Shown here one piece after another: positions 13,650 through 29,003 of a DNA stretch of 64,000 nucleotides (its first letter is position 1; each line of letters opens with the position of its first letter). The position numbers and the translations under genes were made by a program. The notes beneath the pieces were generated by a model. It had not been told where the DNA came from. It searched no databases and saw nothing but the letters and a program-made list of their open reading frames with translations. The stretch is taken from contig OZ024749.1 in assembly GCA_964016885.1 (NCBI GenBank), forward strand, positions 55,428,001-55,492,000. Direction: 5' to 3'. The DNA comes from Eledone cirrhosa (taxonomy: Eukaryota).

Positions 13650-16235
13650 ACCCACCTATATACACACACAACCCTATAACACAGACCACACTCACCCACC
13701 TATATATACACACCTCTACAACAGCCATCCTACACACACAACACTATAACACAGACCACACTCACACACCTATATATACAGACACAGACAACACTATAAC
13801 ACATATCCCACACTCATCCACCTATATATATACACACACACACACAACACTATAACACAGACCACACTCACACACCTATATATACAGACACAGACAACAC
13901 TATAACACATATCCCACACTCATCCACCTATATATACAGACACAACACTATAACACAGACCACACTCACCCACCTATACACACACACACAACACTATAAC
14001 ACATATCCCACACTCACCCATGTATATACACAGACACAACACTGTAACACATATCCCACACTCACCCATCTATATACACAGACACAACACTGTAACACAT
14101 ATCCCACACTCACCCATCTATATACACAGACACAACACTATAACACATATCCCACACTCACCCATCTATATACACAGACACAACACTGTAACACATATCC
14201 CACACTCACCCATCTGTATACACAGACACAACACTATAACACATATCCCACACTCACCCATCTATATACACAGACACAACACTGTAACACATATCCCACA
14301 CTCACCCATCTATATACACAGACACAACACTGTAACACATATCCCACACTCACCCATCTATATACACAGACACAACACTATAACACATATCCCACACTCA
14401 CCCATCTATATACACAGACACAACACTGTAACACATATCCCACACTCACCCATCTATATACACAGACACAACACTATAACACATATCCCACACTCACCCA
14501 TCTGTATACACAGACACAACACTATAACACATATCCCACACTCACCCATCTGTATACACAGACACAACACTGTAACACATATCCCACACTCACCCATCTA
14601 TATACACAGACACAACACTGTAACACATATCCCACACTCACCCATCTATATACACAGACACAACACTGTAACACATATCCCACACTCACCCATCTGTATA
14701 CACAGACACAACACTATAACACATATCCCACACTCACCCATCTATATACACAGACACAACACTATAACACATATCCCACACTCACCCATCTATATACACA
14801 GACACAACACTGTAACACATATCCCAAACTCACCCATCCGTATACACAGACACAACACTATAACACATATCCCACACTCACCCATCTATATACACAGACA
14901 CAACACTGTAACACATATCCCACACTCACCCATCTATATACACAGACACAACACTATAACACATATCCCACACTCACCCATCTGTATACACAGACACAAC
15001 ACTATAACACATATCCCACACTCACCCATCTATATACAGACACAACACTGTAACACATATCCCACACTCACCCATCTATATACACAGACACAACACTGTA
15101 ACACATATCCCACACTCACCCATCTATATACACAGACAACACTATAACACATATCCCACACTCACCCATCTATATACACAGACAACACTATAACACATAT
15201 CCCACACTCACCCATCTATATACACAGACACAACACTATAACACATATCCCACACTCACCCATCTATATACACAGACACAACACTGTAACACATATCCCA
15301 CACTCACCCATCTATATACACAGACACAACACTATAACACATATCCCACACTCACCCATCTATATACACAGACACAACACTATAACACATATCCCACACT
15401 CACCCATCTGTATACACAGACACAACACTATAACACATATCCCACACTCACCCATCTGTATACACAGACACAACACTATAACACATATCCCACACTCACC
15501 CATCTGTATACACAGACACAACACTATAACACATATCCCACACTCACCCATCTGTATACACAGACACAACACTATAACACATATCCCACACTCACCCATC
15601 TGTATACACAGACAACACTATAACACATATCCCACACTCACCCATCTGTATACACAGACACAACACTATAACACATATCCCACACTCACCCATCTGTATA
15701 CACAGACACAACACTATAACACATATCCCACACTCACCCATCTATATACACAGACACAACACTATAACACATATCCCACACTCACCCATCTATATACACA
15801 GACACAACACTATAACACATATCCCACACTCACCCATCTATATACACAGACACAACACTATAACACATATCCCACACTCACCCACCTATATACACAGACA
15901 CAACACTATAACATATCCCACACTCACCCACCTGTATACACAGACACAACACTGTAACACATATCCCACACTCACCCATCTATATACACAGACACAACAC
16001 TATAACACATATCCCACACTCACCCATCTGTATACACAGACACAACACTATAACACATATCCCACACTCACCCACCTATATACACAGACACAACACTATA
16101 ACACATATCCCACACTCACCCATCTGTATACACAGACACAACACTGTAACACATATCCCACACTCACCCATCTATATACACAGACACAACACTACAACAC
16201 ATATCCCACACTCACCCATCTATATACACAGACAC
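13650..16235. repeat. 48-bp minisatellite, roughly 50 copies
   Basis: Unit tatatacacagacacaacact(a/g)taacacatatcccacactcacccatc; degenerate at the left edge. Confidence 0.95.
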
Positions 16236-16384
16236 ACCTCTACAACACCAACCCCATCTTCCAAGCAGACTGAGTTGTAGGGTGAGGTAGGAATGCTAAA
16301 GGGAGAAAAAAAACATCAGTTAATTTTCTATCTCTGCTCCCCTGATCACAAACAACTGTGATCCACTACACCTTGAATGTGGGG

Positions 16385-16387
<3 letters not shown>

Positions 16388-16423
<36 letters not shown>

Positions 16424-18899
16424 TATATATATATACATCTATATATATATATATATACATCTACATCTATATATATATACATCTACATCTATATATATAT
16501 ACATCTACATCTATATATATATATATACATCTATATATATATCCATCTATATATATATATATATATATCCATCTATACATAAATAATATATATATACATA
16601 TATACATAAATAATATATATATACATATATACATAAATAATATATATATACATATATACATAAATAATATATATATACATACATACATAAATAATATATA
16701 TATATATACATAAATAATATATATATATATATATACATACATACATAAATAATATATATATATATATATACATAATATATATATACATACATAAATAATA
16801 TATATATACATACATAAATAATATATATATACATACATAACTAATATATATATACATACATAACTAATATATATATACATACATAACTAATATATATATA
16901 CATACATAACTAATATATATATACATACATAACTAATATATATATACATACATAAATAATATATATATACATACATAAATAATATATATATACATACATA
17001 AATAATATATATATACATACATAAATAATATATATATACATACATAAATAATATATATATACATAAATAATATATATATATATACATAAATAATATATAT
17101 ATATATACATAAATAATATATATATATAAACATAAATAATATATATATACATACATAAATAATATATATATATATACATAAATAATATATATATATATAT
17201 ACATAAATAATATATATATACATATATACATAAATAATATATATATACATAAATAATATATATATGCATAAATACTATATATATTAAAATACTATATATA
17301 TATAAATACTATATATATATAAATAAATACTATATATATATAAATACTATATATATATAAATAATATATATATACATAAATACTATATATATATAAATAA
17401 TATATATATATAAATAATATATATATATAAATAATATATATATATAAATAATATATATATATAAATAATATATATATATAAATAATATATATATATAAAT
17501 AATATATATATATAAATAATATATATATATAAATATATATATATATAAATATATATATATAAATATATATAAATAATATATATATATAAATATATATATA
17601 TAAATAATATATATATATATATAAAATAATATATATATAAATAATATATATATAAATAATATATATATAAATAATATATATATATATAAATAATATATAT
17701 ATAAATAAATAATATATATATAAATAATATATATATATATAAATAATATATATATATATAAATAATATATATATATATAAATAATATATATATAAATAAT
17801 ATATATATATATATAAATAATATATATATATATATATAAATAATATATATATATATATATATAAATAATATATATATATATATATATATATAAATAATAT
17901 ATATATATATATATAAATAATATATATATATATATATAAATAATATATATATATATATATAAATAATATATATATACTCTTTTACCTGTTTCAGCCATCC
18001 GGCTGAGGCCATGCTGGGGCACCGCCCTTGTTGCTACACATTTTATCTCCAGCCTGTATATGTTGGCCACTGGTGTAGGAGGGAGTTTGTTGCTGCTGCC
18101 CTTAGGTTTCCCTCATGTCTTGCTGTGGGCTCATCCGGGATCCTGGATAACAAGGTGTCGAGATGTTTCTTAAAGACATCCACCTCCACGTCATGCAAGT
18201 CTCTCAGATGCCTCGGCAGCCTGTTGAAGAGTTGAGGGCCCTTGAATCCCAGGCTATTGCAATACCTGCTCCTTATTCTAGATGTGGAAGACGGGACCTT
18301 TGGCACCACACAGTGACGTCCTGTTCGACGGTTGGTCCAGCTCCCAATGCCAAAGTTTGGTGCTAGTCCCTCCAGGATTTTCCACATGTAGATCACTGCG
18401 TATCTCTCCCGTCTTCGCTCCAAGGAGTAGAGGTTCAGTTCCTTCAGCCTCTCCCAGTAGCTTGTCACCCTCATCTTGGGGCAATCCTCTTGGTGTAGCT
18501 TCGCTGGATTGCCTCAAGCTCCGTGGTTAGTTTGACACTATGGGGTGACCACAGCTGGGAGCAGTAGTCCAGGCGGCTTAGGACAAAAGTCCTCCACAGT
18601 GTGAACATGGTGTCTCGATCTCTTGTAAGGAAAGTCCTCAAGATCCAGCCAGCGAATCGTCTACATGTTCTTGCCACCTTCATGATGTGTGAAGAAAAAG
18701 ATGCATCATCGCTCATGTCTATGCCCAGGTCTCGTATCGATTTTGACACGGGGATATCGGTCCCTCCTATATATATATAAATAATATATATATAAATAAT
18801 ATATATATATAAATAATATACATATATAAATAATATACATATATATATAAATAATATACATATATATATAAATAATATACATATATATATAAATAATAT

Positions 18900-18930
<31 letters not shown>

Positions 18931-19270
18931 AATAATATATATATATATAAATATATATATATATAAATATATATATATAAATAAATATATATATATAAAT
19001 AAATATATATATATATAAATAATATATATATATATATAAATAATATATATATATATAAATAATATATATATATATAAATAATATATATATATATATAAAT
19101 AATATATAAATAATATATATATATATATATATAAATAATATATATATATATATATATAAATAATATATATATAAATAATATATATATATATAAATAATAT
19201 ATATATATATATAAATAATATATATATATATATAAATAATATATATATATATATAAATAATATATATATA
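16388..19270. repeat. Compound AT microsatellite (TA)nAATAA, interrupted by the CR1-group LINE
   Basis: Direct reading. Confidence 0.9.
17977..18767 (-). mobile_element. 5'-truncated CR1-group (CR1/L2/Crack-like) LINE: RT C-terminus and 3' UTR, frameshifted
   Basis: IRDLGIDMSDDASFSSHI...SRLDYCSQLWSP...LEAIQRSYTKRI / SYWERLKELNLYSLERRRER. Frameshift near 18472. Embedded in an AT microsatellite. Confidence 0.9.
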
Positions 19271-20412
19271 CACATCATCAGTCTGAGAGATGGTTGAGGC
19301 ATTATCTCCTCAGATTAAATAATCGTTTCTACTTTAGGCACAAGGTCAGCAATTATCCCAGTGCATTACTGGTACTTTACTTTATCGACCCCGTAAGGAT
19401 GAAAGACAAAGTTAACCTCGGTGGGATTTGAACTCCTCAGACCGTAAAGAGACGTATGATAAAATGAAAAAATAAAATAAAATAATAATAATCAAAAAGA
19501 TGAAGGTGAAATATCCAGAAGATGTCCAAACCATTCACCTCAACTAAAGTCTTGCTGGAGCAAGGATCGGATCTTTATTGTAGTAAGATGTTACCTCCTA
19601 AAATTTAGGACTTTAATCAGAACAGGAAGCGTACAATTGAAATAGGGCAGGGAGTTAGTTTAAGGGGGCTGATTTCATGAGTTACATTGGCTAAGCAGTA
19701 GGGCTTGCATAGAATATATGTAGAAGTTCCCTTGTTTTACAGTAGAGAGGGAGATAGAGAGAGAGATAGATAGAGACAGATATACAATGACAAATGAAAT
19801 AACAAGACAGAGACAGAGGGAAAACAAGGAGATTGGATAGATGGATATAATATATATATATATATATATATACTTAGGTTAGTAGGAGTTAGGTATTATA
19901 TACCCGTGTCCCGTTAAGGTATTGGCAGCATAATAATATATATATATATATGTATAGAAGTAGTTCCACAACAGTTAGTTCACCATACCGAGAACAAATG
20001 TTTCACCTTATGGGGATCATCACCTCGGCCTGAGAGAGGGAGAGAGGGGGGTAGAGAGAGATAAAGAGAGATATACAGAGAGATAGATTGATAGATTGAG
20101 TGATAAATAGTAGACACACAGACAGAGAGACAAAGACGGAAAAAAAAACAACACAGAAAAAGGTAAGTTTTGAGCAAGTTGTCAGCCTTCCACCAGTAGC
20201 TTGAGAGAAAGAAATATCTTGCATGATGTAGTGAAGAGCATGCATGCACAATTAAAATATAACAAAATATAATAAATAAAAACAATAACAGGCTTAGCAT
20301 AAAAAACATTAAAAAAATAACATACAAACATAGCAAAGCAACATTTCAGGATTAGATAATTATTATTGTAAGCATCTACATGTGTGTGTATATACATACA
20401 TGTGTGTAGGTG

Positions 20413-20455
<43 letters not shown>

Positions 20456-21006
20456 GTGTGAATATATATATATATACACACACACACACATATACACGTG
20501 TGAATATATATACATATATACACACACACACACATACATGTGTGAATATATATACATATATACACACCCACACACACATACATGTGTGAATATATATATA
20601 CACACACACACATACATGTGTGAATATATATGTATATACACACACACACATACATGTGTAGCCAAAGTCAGTGAAATGAGAGAATAGTGTATTGCGTTGG
20701 TATATTGCGATAAGTCAGCTGTAATGAAGCAAGGGGAAAGTGGGACAGAACACAAACATGAAGGAACCATGTGGAAAAACGGGACAGTACATAAAAGGGT
20801 GAAAAGAAAAGCAAAAAAAAAACAAAAAACGTTGGTTCGGAGGAGTTGATTGATGATCGGAAATCTTTGTTCTGTATGGAACACTCCGGAGTTGTTTGCT
20901 TTTATCTCTTTTTTTTCCACTGGACTTCGTACCGTTCCAATTTTCACACGATTCCTTCCTATTTCTATTTTGTCCCATTTTCCTCTCCTCCTATTACAAT
21001 TTGATA

Positions 21007-21072
<66 letters not shown>

Positions 21073-21409
21073 ACAAAGGTATATATTGAGTTAGAAACTC
21101 AAAATAGTCTCTTACAATTAAATAGTTCAAAGAAAGAAGTTTTTCTGAACCGTGTAATATAATTGAATATAAAAGACAGATAAACAGATATAAACATGTG
21201 TTCAAATCGCGAACTTGGTCCCTTACAATTTGAACACGTTTATATCTGTGTTTATATCTCTTTTATATATATATATATACACACACAAACACACATATAT
21301 ATATATATCTACATAATAAGGATGTGGCAAACACACATAATAACTGCACTAATGTCTTTGTGCATATGTGCATGTGCATGCATGCACATATTGTCTACAC
21401 TTTATATAC

Positions 21410-21448
<39 letters not shown>

Positions 21449-21493
21449 CATGTATGCAAATATATATACATGAAAACATTGCCACATGGACAG

Positions 21494-21532
<39 letters not shown>

Positions 21533-21896
21533 AATATAAATCTAACAAACACACGTGTATATGTATATATACATATATGCGTGTGTATATATGTATGTAT
21601 ATAGGTAAATATATGCATACATCTGAGTGTGACATAAGCTGTGATGCCATGTGTATTGAAACTACCGTTCTTCAGAAGTGCTGTCTTCACATCACCTGTT
21701 GTAGTTAATGTTTTCCATTATTTCTATAAGAAATATTCTTGTTTTTGTAGCAGTAATAATACCAATAATAATAATAGTTGTAGTAGTAGTTGTAGTAATC
21801 ATAGTAGTAGTTGTAGTAGTAATAGTAGTTGTCGGTCCTTATCGTTGTCTTAGCAGAGAATGAAAGTTAAGTAAAAGAATGTGATTAAACACTAAC

Positions 21897-21953
21897 CAAA
21901 ACAGGGAATTGTCCAGGGATTACGGTGGGGTACGCCACTGCTTTACCGCTGGC
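21897..21953 (-). CDS. mbl: Candidate 57-nt mbl cassette exon (ASGKAVAYPTVIPGQFPVL)
   Basis: U-rich tract, rare GAG acceptor, open frame phase 0-0, donor TTG|gttagt. A/P/V/G composition resembles the MBNL linker. UGCAUG about 30 nt upstream. Confidence 0.6.
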
Positions 21954-22361
21954 CTCATACATCAAAATAAAAAGAAGAAACATGCAAACCAATTAGTACA
22001 AAGTGTTGGTGCCGGGAGAGGAGAGGGGGAGTGTTGGTGGAGCAAGGAGCATAGAGCGCAGCTTGGTGGGGTGTGTTGGGGGCGGGCTGTTGGGTGAGAG
22101 AGAGAGAAGTAGATGGACCGAGAGAGAGGAAATGGTTGGTAGGGTAGTGACAGAGAAGGTGAGAGTGCACTGTGTGTGTATATGTGTGTGTACATGTGTA
22201 TGTATGTAAATGTGTACAGGTGAATGTATGTGTGAATGAGGAGACAAAGTGAAGTAATAAGTTGAAGTTGAAAGACTGGAGAGCAAGAGTGTGTATACAC
22301 AGATGTGTGTGAGTGTGTGTGAGTGTGTGTGTGAGTGAGTGTGTGAGATGTAAGCCCTCAT

Positions 22362-22410
22362 TTCGTTCTCTGAAGAACTAGCAATGAGTAGTGAAACATG
22401 TTACAACAAA
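22362..22410 (+). ncRNA. Degenerate minimal hammerhead motif
   Basis: ttcgttct-CTGAAGA-acta gcaatgag tagt-GAAA-catg-TT-acaacaaa. Helix I has 2 mismatches. Confidence 0.55.
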
Positions 22411-23034
22411 TAATATGTAAGAAGCTGTTCCAATGCGTAATATTGTATAATAGGTGTAGGTGTGGGTCAGGCAGATGGGGTGGAGTGTGGAAGAGAATAG
22501 CGGAGGATTTGGAGAAAGAAAGGACGACTGGTAGAGCAAGAGATGAGAAATGTTAAAAAAAAAATGAAAGACAACAGCTTAGGCAGAAGTTAAATGAGGC
22601 ATGGAATAAATACGGGTGTGTAACAAACAAATTAAATAAAAAAAATTAAAAAAACAAATATTAAACAGGCCAAAATGCTCAGGGGGGGGGGGGGGGGATT
22701 CTTTTGTTTTTTTTTAATCGGGTGCACAATGTTAGATAGGTAGCATTTGAGTACATAACAAATAATTAAAAAAAATAACAAAAAACAAACAACAAACTAA
22801 ACAACAAACATACAAACAAACAATAAAGGTGATAACAATATTCTACTAATTATATGCATTGGTTAATTAAAATAATAATAAAAATCAACATATATTAAGA
22901 AAGCTAAGCCATATATATATATAAGGCAAAAGATCCCATACACACAGGTCATTAATTAAGGAATGGAATGTCCACCTCTAAAACTTAGTGTATAAGGAAA
23001 TTGGACATTTCATACTTAATGAACTTGCTTTATT

Positions 23035-23085
23035 GCATAATATGTATTTCTGTTACATGGTTATGCATGTGACTTCATCAGATGC
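23035..23085 (-). ncRNA. Minimal type-I hammerhead ribozyme motif
   Basis: gcat-CTGATGA-a gtcacatg cataac catgtaac a-GAAA-tacata-TT-atgc, immediately followed by AATAAA. Confidence 0.7.
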
Positions 23086-23400
23086 TCATACAATCATAGG
23101 TGTAGTTATGCAATCATAGGGATACGTGAAGTTCTTTTAGATCGCTAGAACCAGCTGATCCTCATGAAAATTTATAGAGAACTCAGTCCAGAGGACGTGT
23201 TGGGTAAACAGTTAATTCCTCAACAATTACCAAACCATATTTGAGAAAACATGTTTCATCTAAAATGTGTTTTCAACTCCTCGTGTCCTCTCAGGTAAAA
23301 CACCTGTTCTCAAGTATGGTTCGGCAATTGCTATCAAATTCACACCCTCCCTCTCTATATATCTATCTATCAGATGTTGATAGATAATTATCATGCTTAC

Positions 23401-23448
23401 ATAGAAACTACAAGCGTGTTTTATTTGAAATAATGCAAAAAACCCTGG
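23401..23448 (-). CDS. mbl: Candidate 48-nt mbl cassette exon (PGFFALFQIKHACSFY)
   Basis: ttcttcttgctgtacaaag acceptor (AAG), TAT|gtaagc donor, phase 0-0, UGCAUG upstream. Confidence 0.35.
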
Positions 23449-24065
23449 CTTTGTACAGCAAGAAGAACATTTAAACAACACCATGCATTGATAGATATTT
23501 ATATACATCCTCATACATATACTTTATAGACACACATGCACAATAGCACACAGACAGACATAAACACACACATATACATATAAATATATATATATATACA
23601 CACACATAGATATAATTATGTGAGGAATTAATAAATAGAAATAAAAATGAAAACAGGAGATGAGTGTGAGTGTGTCCCTGTGAGTGAGATAATGTGAGTG
23701 AGAGTGTGGCAGTGTGAGTGAGAGTATGAGTGACACTATTGTACATGACTCAATCTAAAAGGCAAAAGTGTAAAACGGATAAAGAACAAAATAGAAAAAC
23801 ACAACACAAACATGTAGGGGGTTATTTTCAGGAAAATAATAATAATTATAATCTTTTTCTTTTTTAAATTAAAAATAACATTGAAATAAGACCAGACATA
23901 AAATGTAAATAACAAAATTCTTTACCAACAACAACAAAAACAACATTGAATAACAAAAAAAAACAAACAGAGACAACGACAAAATTGTGGAGAACAATTC
24001 AGAGTCAGAAAACATTGGTTAATATAAAGAATGGTTAGAAAAAAACCAACACACACACAGAGTGT

Positions 24066-24235
24066 GAAGGCGCATGGCTTAGTGGTTAGAGCATTAGGCT
24101 TGCAATCGAAAGGGTGTGAGTTCAATTCTTGAACCGGATGACGTATTGTTTCCTTGTGCAAGACACTTTATTTCAAGTTGCTCCAGTTTACTCAGCTGTA
24201 GAAATGAGATGATAGGGCTGGGGTCCCTATCATTA
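24066..24235 (+). mobile_element. SINE family 2, 5' part
   Basis: ggcgcatggcttagtggttagagc...gagttcaattc...tccttgtgcaagacacttt. Further copies near 27, 12783, 28230, 34100, 41790 and 47706-47962. Confidence 0.8.
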
Positions 24236-24345
24236 AATTACCCAAGACACCTTCAACGAGATATACCTTGGAGGAGGCCAGCTAAACCTGCATAGGTGCG
24301 AGCTGTCACACACACACACATATATACAGAGAGAGAGGAGAGACC

Positions 24346-25706
<1,361 letters not shown>

Positions 25707-26187
25707 CAAAGAGGAAAAAAAAAGAAAATATATGCAGCTATGTTTTTTCTTTTTTTTTGGAAGGGTGATGTTATTGTTATTATTATTTTTATTATTATTA
25801 TTATTTGTGAGGGTGGGAGAAATTTCAATTATAGAAGAATGTTGATTTTCTAACTGAAGGAAGCCAATCTGTAAATTTCTGGTGGAATGATGAGGAGTAG
25901 CACCTGAGGAATCCTCTTGCCTCCCATCACCAACTATATAGAGACTGAGTCTCACCAATACATGGGTGTGTGTAACCCTGTTATGGACTGGCATCCAGTC
26001 CAGACTGGGGCAGCCTTGTACTCTCAGCCACTTAACACCATGAAAACCTGGATAAGCACCAGCTTATACATATATATATATATGTATGTGTGTGTGTGTG
26101 TGTGAGTGTGTGTGAGTGTATCCATTTCCTCCAAGCATGAACCTAATATTTTTACATCCCTGTGTTTGTTTTGTTTCCTTTGTTTAC

Positions 26188-26262
<75 letters not shown>

Positions 26263-26596
26263 GTGTGCTGCGTTGTTGCAAATAGGAAACATATGAATAA
26301 AATTACAAGAAGAAATAGCAATGATGTCTGGAAGATCACTGATCACAGTCCAGTCTTCTCATTTTATTCATATATTTTAATCATATCTTATTTTGTTTGA
26401 CCCACTTAGCTTGTTCGCTTTTTTGGCTAAGGTGGTTAATGGCTTCTTAACCATTGTCTCAGTTTGTATGACCTTTTTAACTTATGTTTATAGCTCTGGT
26501 ATCTTCATATCCATGGAGCGCTTGTCTGCACAATACAGAAGTTGCGTTTCGCCAATTTCTACCCCCCCGAAATGCGATTCTCGTTAAATTTATATT

Positions 26597-26642
<46 letters not shown>

Positions 26643-27489
26643 TACGTACACACATACAATGTGTCCCAAAAGTCCATCAGGTGTTTCAATATAGAAGTTT
26701 CAAAGCTGCTTAACTTCTTTATGGGACATTGTTGTGTGTCCATGTGTGCCTGTATATAGACACACATATACACACATGTGGAAACACACACACATATATA
26801 GAGAAAGGAAGGCAAGGGTGGGTAGAGAGAGAGGGAGAGAGAGAGTGTGTGTGTGTTTTTGTGTGTGTTATCTACAGTGCCACTTCCTTTCTATATCAAA
26901 TACCAGCATGCTAGGAATGTTACAAAGGGAGTAGGAAGAGGTAGGAAGAGAGACAAGGTGTCTCCATTACTCACACACATGTGTATATATATGTATATAT
27001 ATGTGATATATATATATATACACACAGCCCTAAACTGACAACCAGAGACAATGCAACCTTCTCATATCTTTATACCCAAAACAAATGAAAAGCAAAATGA
27101 GAAAAATAGAAAGACTGGGGTAGAGATCAGAGAGAGGGGGGAGAGAAAGGGAGGAGAGAGATGGACAGAATGGAAACAGTAAAACAGAGGGAAAGAGGGT
27201 TAAAAGGGGGGTTGTGTGATAGAAGGGGAGAGCAGAGGTTTTAAAGGGATTTAAGAGGAAGGTAGGTTGGTAATGAAATATGACATCAGTAGTTACCTCA
27301 CTAGGATTACCACTACTGCCACCACCACTATCACTACTGCCACCACCACTATCACTACTGCCAACACTACCACTACTACCACCACCACCACCACTACTGC
27401 CACCACTACCACCACTACCACCACCACCACTGCAGCAACAACAACAACAAAAACAACCTCTGTGTGTGATAAAACATCTGTTAACCAAA

Positions 27490-27711
27490 GAGAGATGAGA
27501 GAGAGATGAGATGAGAGAGAGAGATGAGATGAGAGAGAGAGATGAGAGAGAGGTGAGAGATGAGAGAGAGAGGTGAGAGATGAGAGAGAGAGGTGAGAGA
27601 TGAGAGAGAGAGATGAGAGAGATGAGAGAGAGAGAGATAAGAGAGAGAGATAAGAGAGAGAGAGAGTGATGAGAGAGAGAGATAAGAGAGAGAGAGATAA
27701 GAGAGAGAGAG

Positions 27712-27756
<45 letters not shown>

Positions 27757-27850
27757 GAGAGAGAGATGAGAGAGAGAGATAAGAGAGAGAGATGAGAGAG
27801 ATAGAGAAAGAGAGAGAGGAGAGAGAGATGAGAGAGAGAGAGCGAGATGA
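27490..27850. repeat. (GA)n compound microsatellite
   Basis: Direct reading. Confidence 0.9.
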
Positions 27851-28517
27851 GAATGTCTGACATAACTCAGTAAGACAACAATTCTTGTCAAGTTGAGTTC
27901 CACAGAATATATTTGGTAATGGGAGAACAAAAGAGAAGGAAAGAACAAAGGAAGGAAAAGGAAGGTGGTGGTGGTGGTAGTAGTAGTGGTGGTAGTAGTA
28001 GTAGTTATTTGTTTACCATTTTATCATTCCTACCAAGAGAACCCTCCCAGCATCAAAGGTATTCTATTGTGATCATATTTTCTGGGACTACATTAACTAA
28101 TGCCCTTTCAATGTAATTTCAGGGAGATTTAGCTGCTATTTCTAGCAGATCAAATAACTGGGTGATACTACAAATGACCATCCAGTATCTAATGTAGCAC
28201 TATATATATATATACATACATACACAGTGAAGGCATGTGGCATGAGGTTGTGAGTTCGATTCCTAGACAGGGCGATGCATTATGTCCTTGAACAAGACAC
28301 TTTATTTCCCGTTGCTCCTTCTGCCTGGATTTTGGACCAGTAAATACTATTAGCAATTGGAAAGACAAGCTCCACCCCACTCGTTAACCAAATGAGGTCT
28401 GGAATTTTGTTGATCAACTGTTTATATATATATATATATATATACTTTGGGAGGGTCATGTTGCCAATAAGAAACACATGCACCAGTTGCATTCACTTCA
28501 ATTTAGAAATTCAGAAA

Positions 28518-28557
<40 letters not shown>

Positions 28558-28833
28558 AGTTGATCAACAAAATTCCCAATATGTCCCAAGGCTCTGATAC
28601 CATCAACACTATAAACACAGAGCTGGCATATCTAAGAACTGACTAACTGCCTGATGAGGTCATAGCCATTCAATGGCTATCATCAACATATATATAGCAG
28701 TAAATAAAGGATTATGAGTTCATGCAATTGACTTATGTTTCGTCACTATATATATATATATATGTATATATAAGTTTTAATATAGAAGAGATTCTACAGG
28801 ACTAGAACTGTTTCATTCATTAGAAATCATTAG

Positions 28834-28882
28834 GAATCCTGATGATTTCTAATGAATGAAACAGTTCTAGTCCTGTAGAATC
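28834..28882 (+). ncRNA. Hammerhead motif inside a 129-bp palindrome
   Basis: gaatc-CTGATGA-t ttc taat gaa t-GAAA-cag ttctagtc ctg-TA-gaatc. The mirror copy on the minus strand has CTAATGA. Confidence 0.7.
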
Positions 28883-28972
28883 TCTTCTATATTAAAACTT
28901 TTATACTCTGCTATGTATTGAGTACCTTACTTACTGTGGTTACCTCCGATTCAACCCGGAATAACGTATATG

Positions 28973-29003
<31 letters not shown>

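Noticed and set aside
14020-15147. 375-aa His-rich repeat ORF
   Set aside because: A 48-bp minisatellite; the frame is broken by 2-nt indels elsewhere in the array.
24066-24140. tRNA-like sequence
   Set aside because: A SINE head: A/B boxes run into a multicopy SINE body, and there is no intact acceptor stem.
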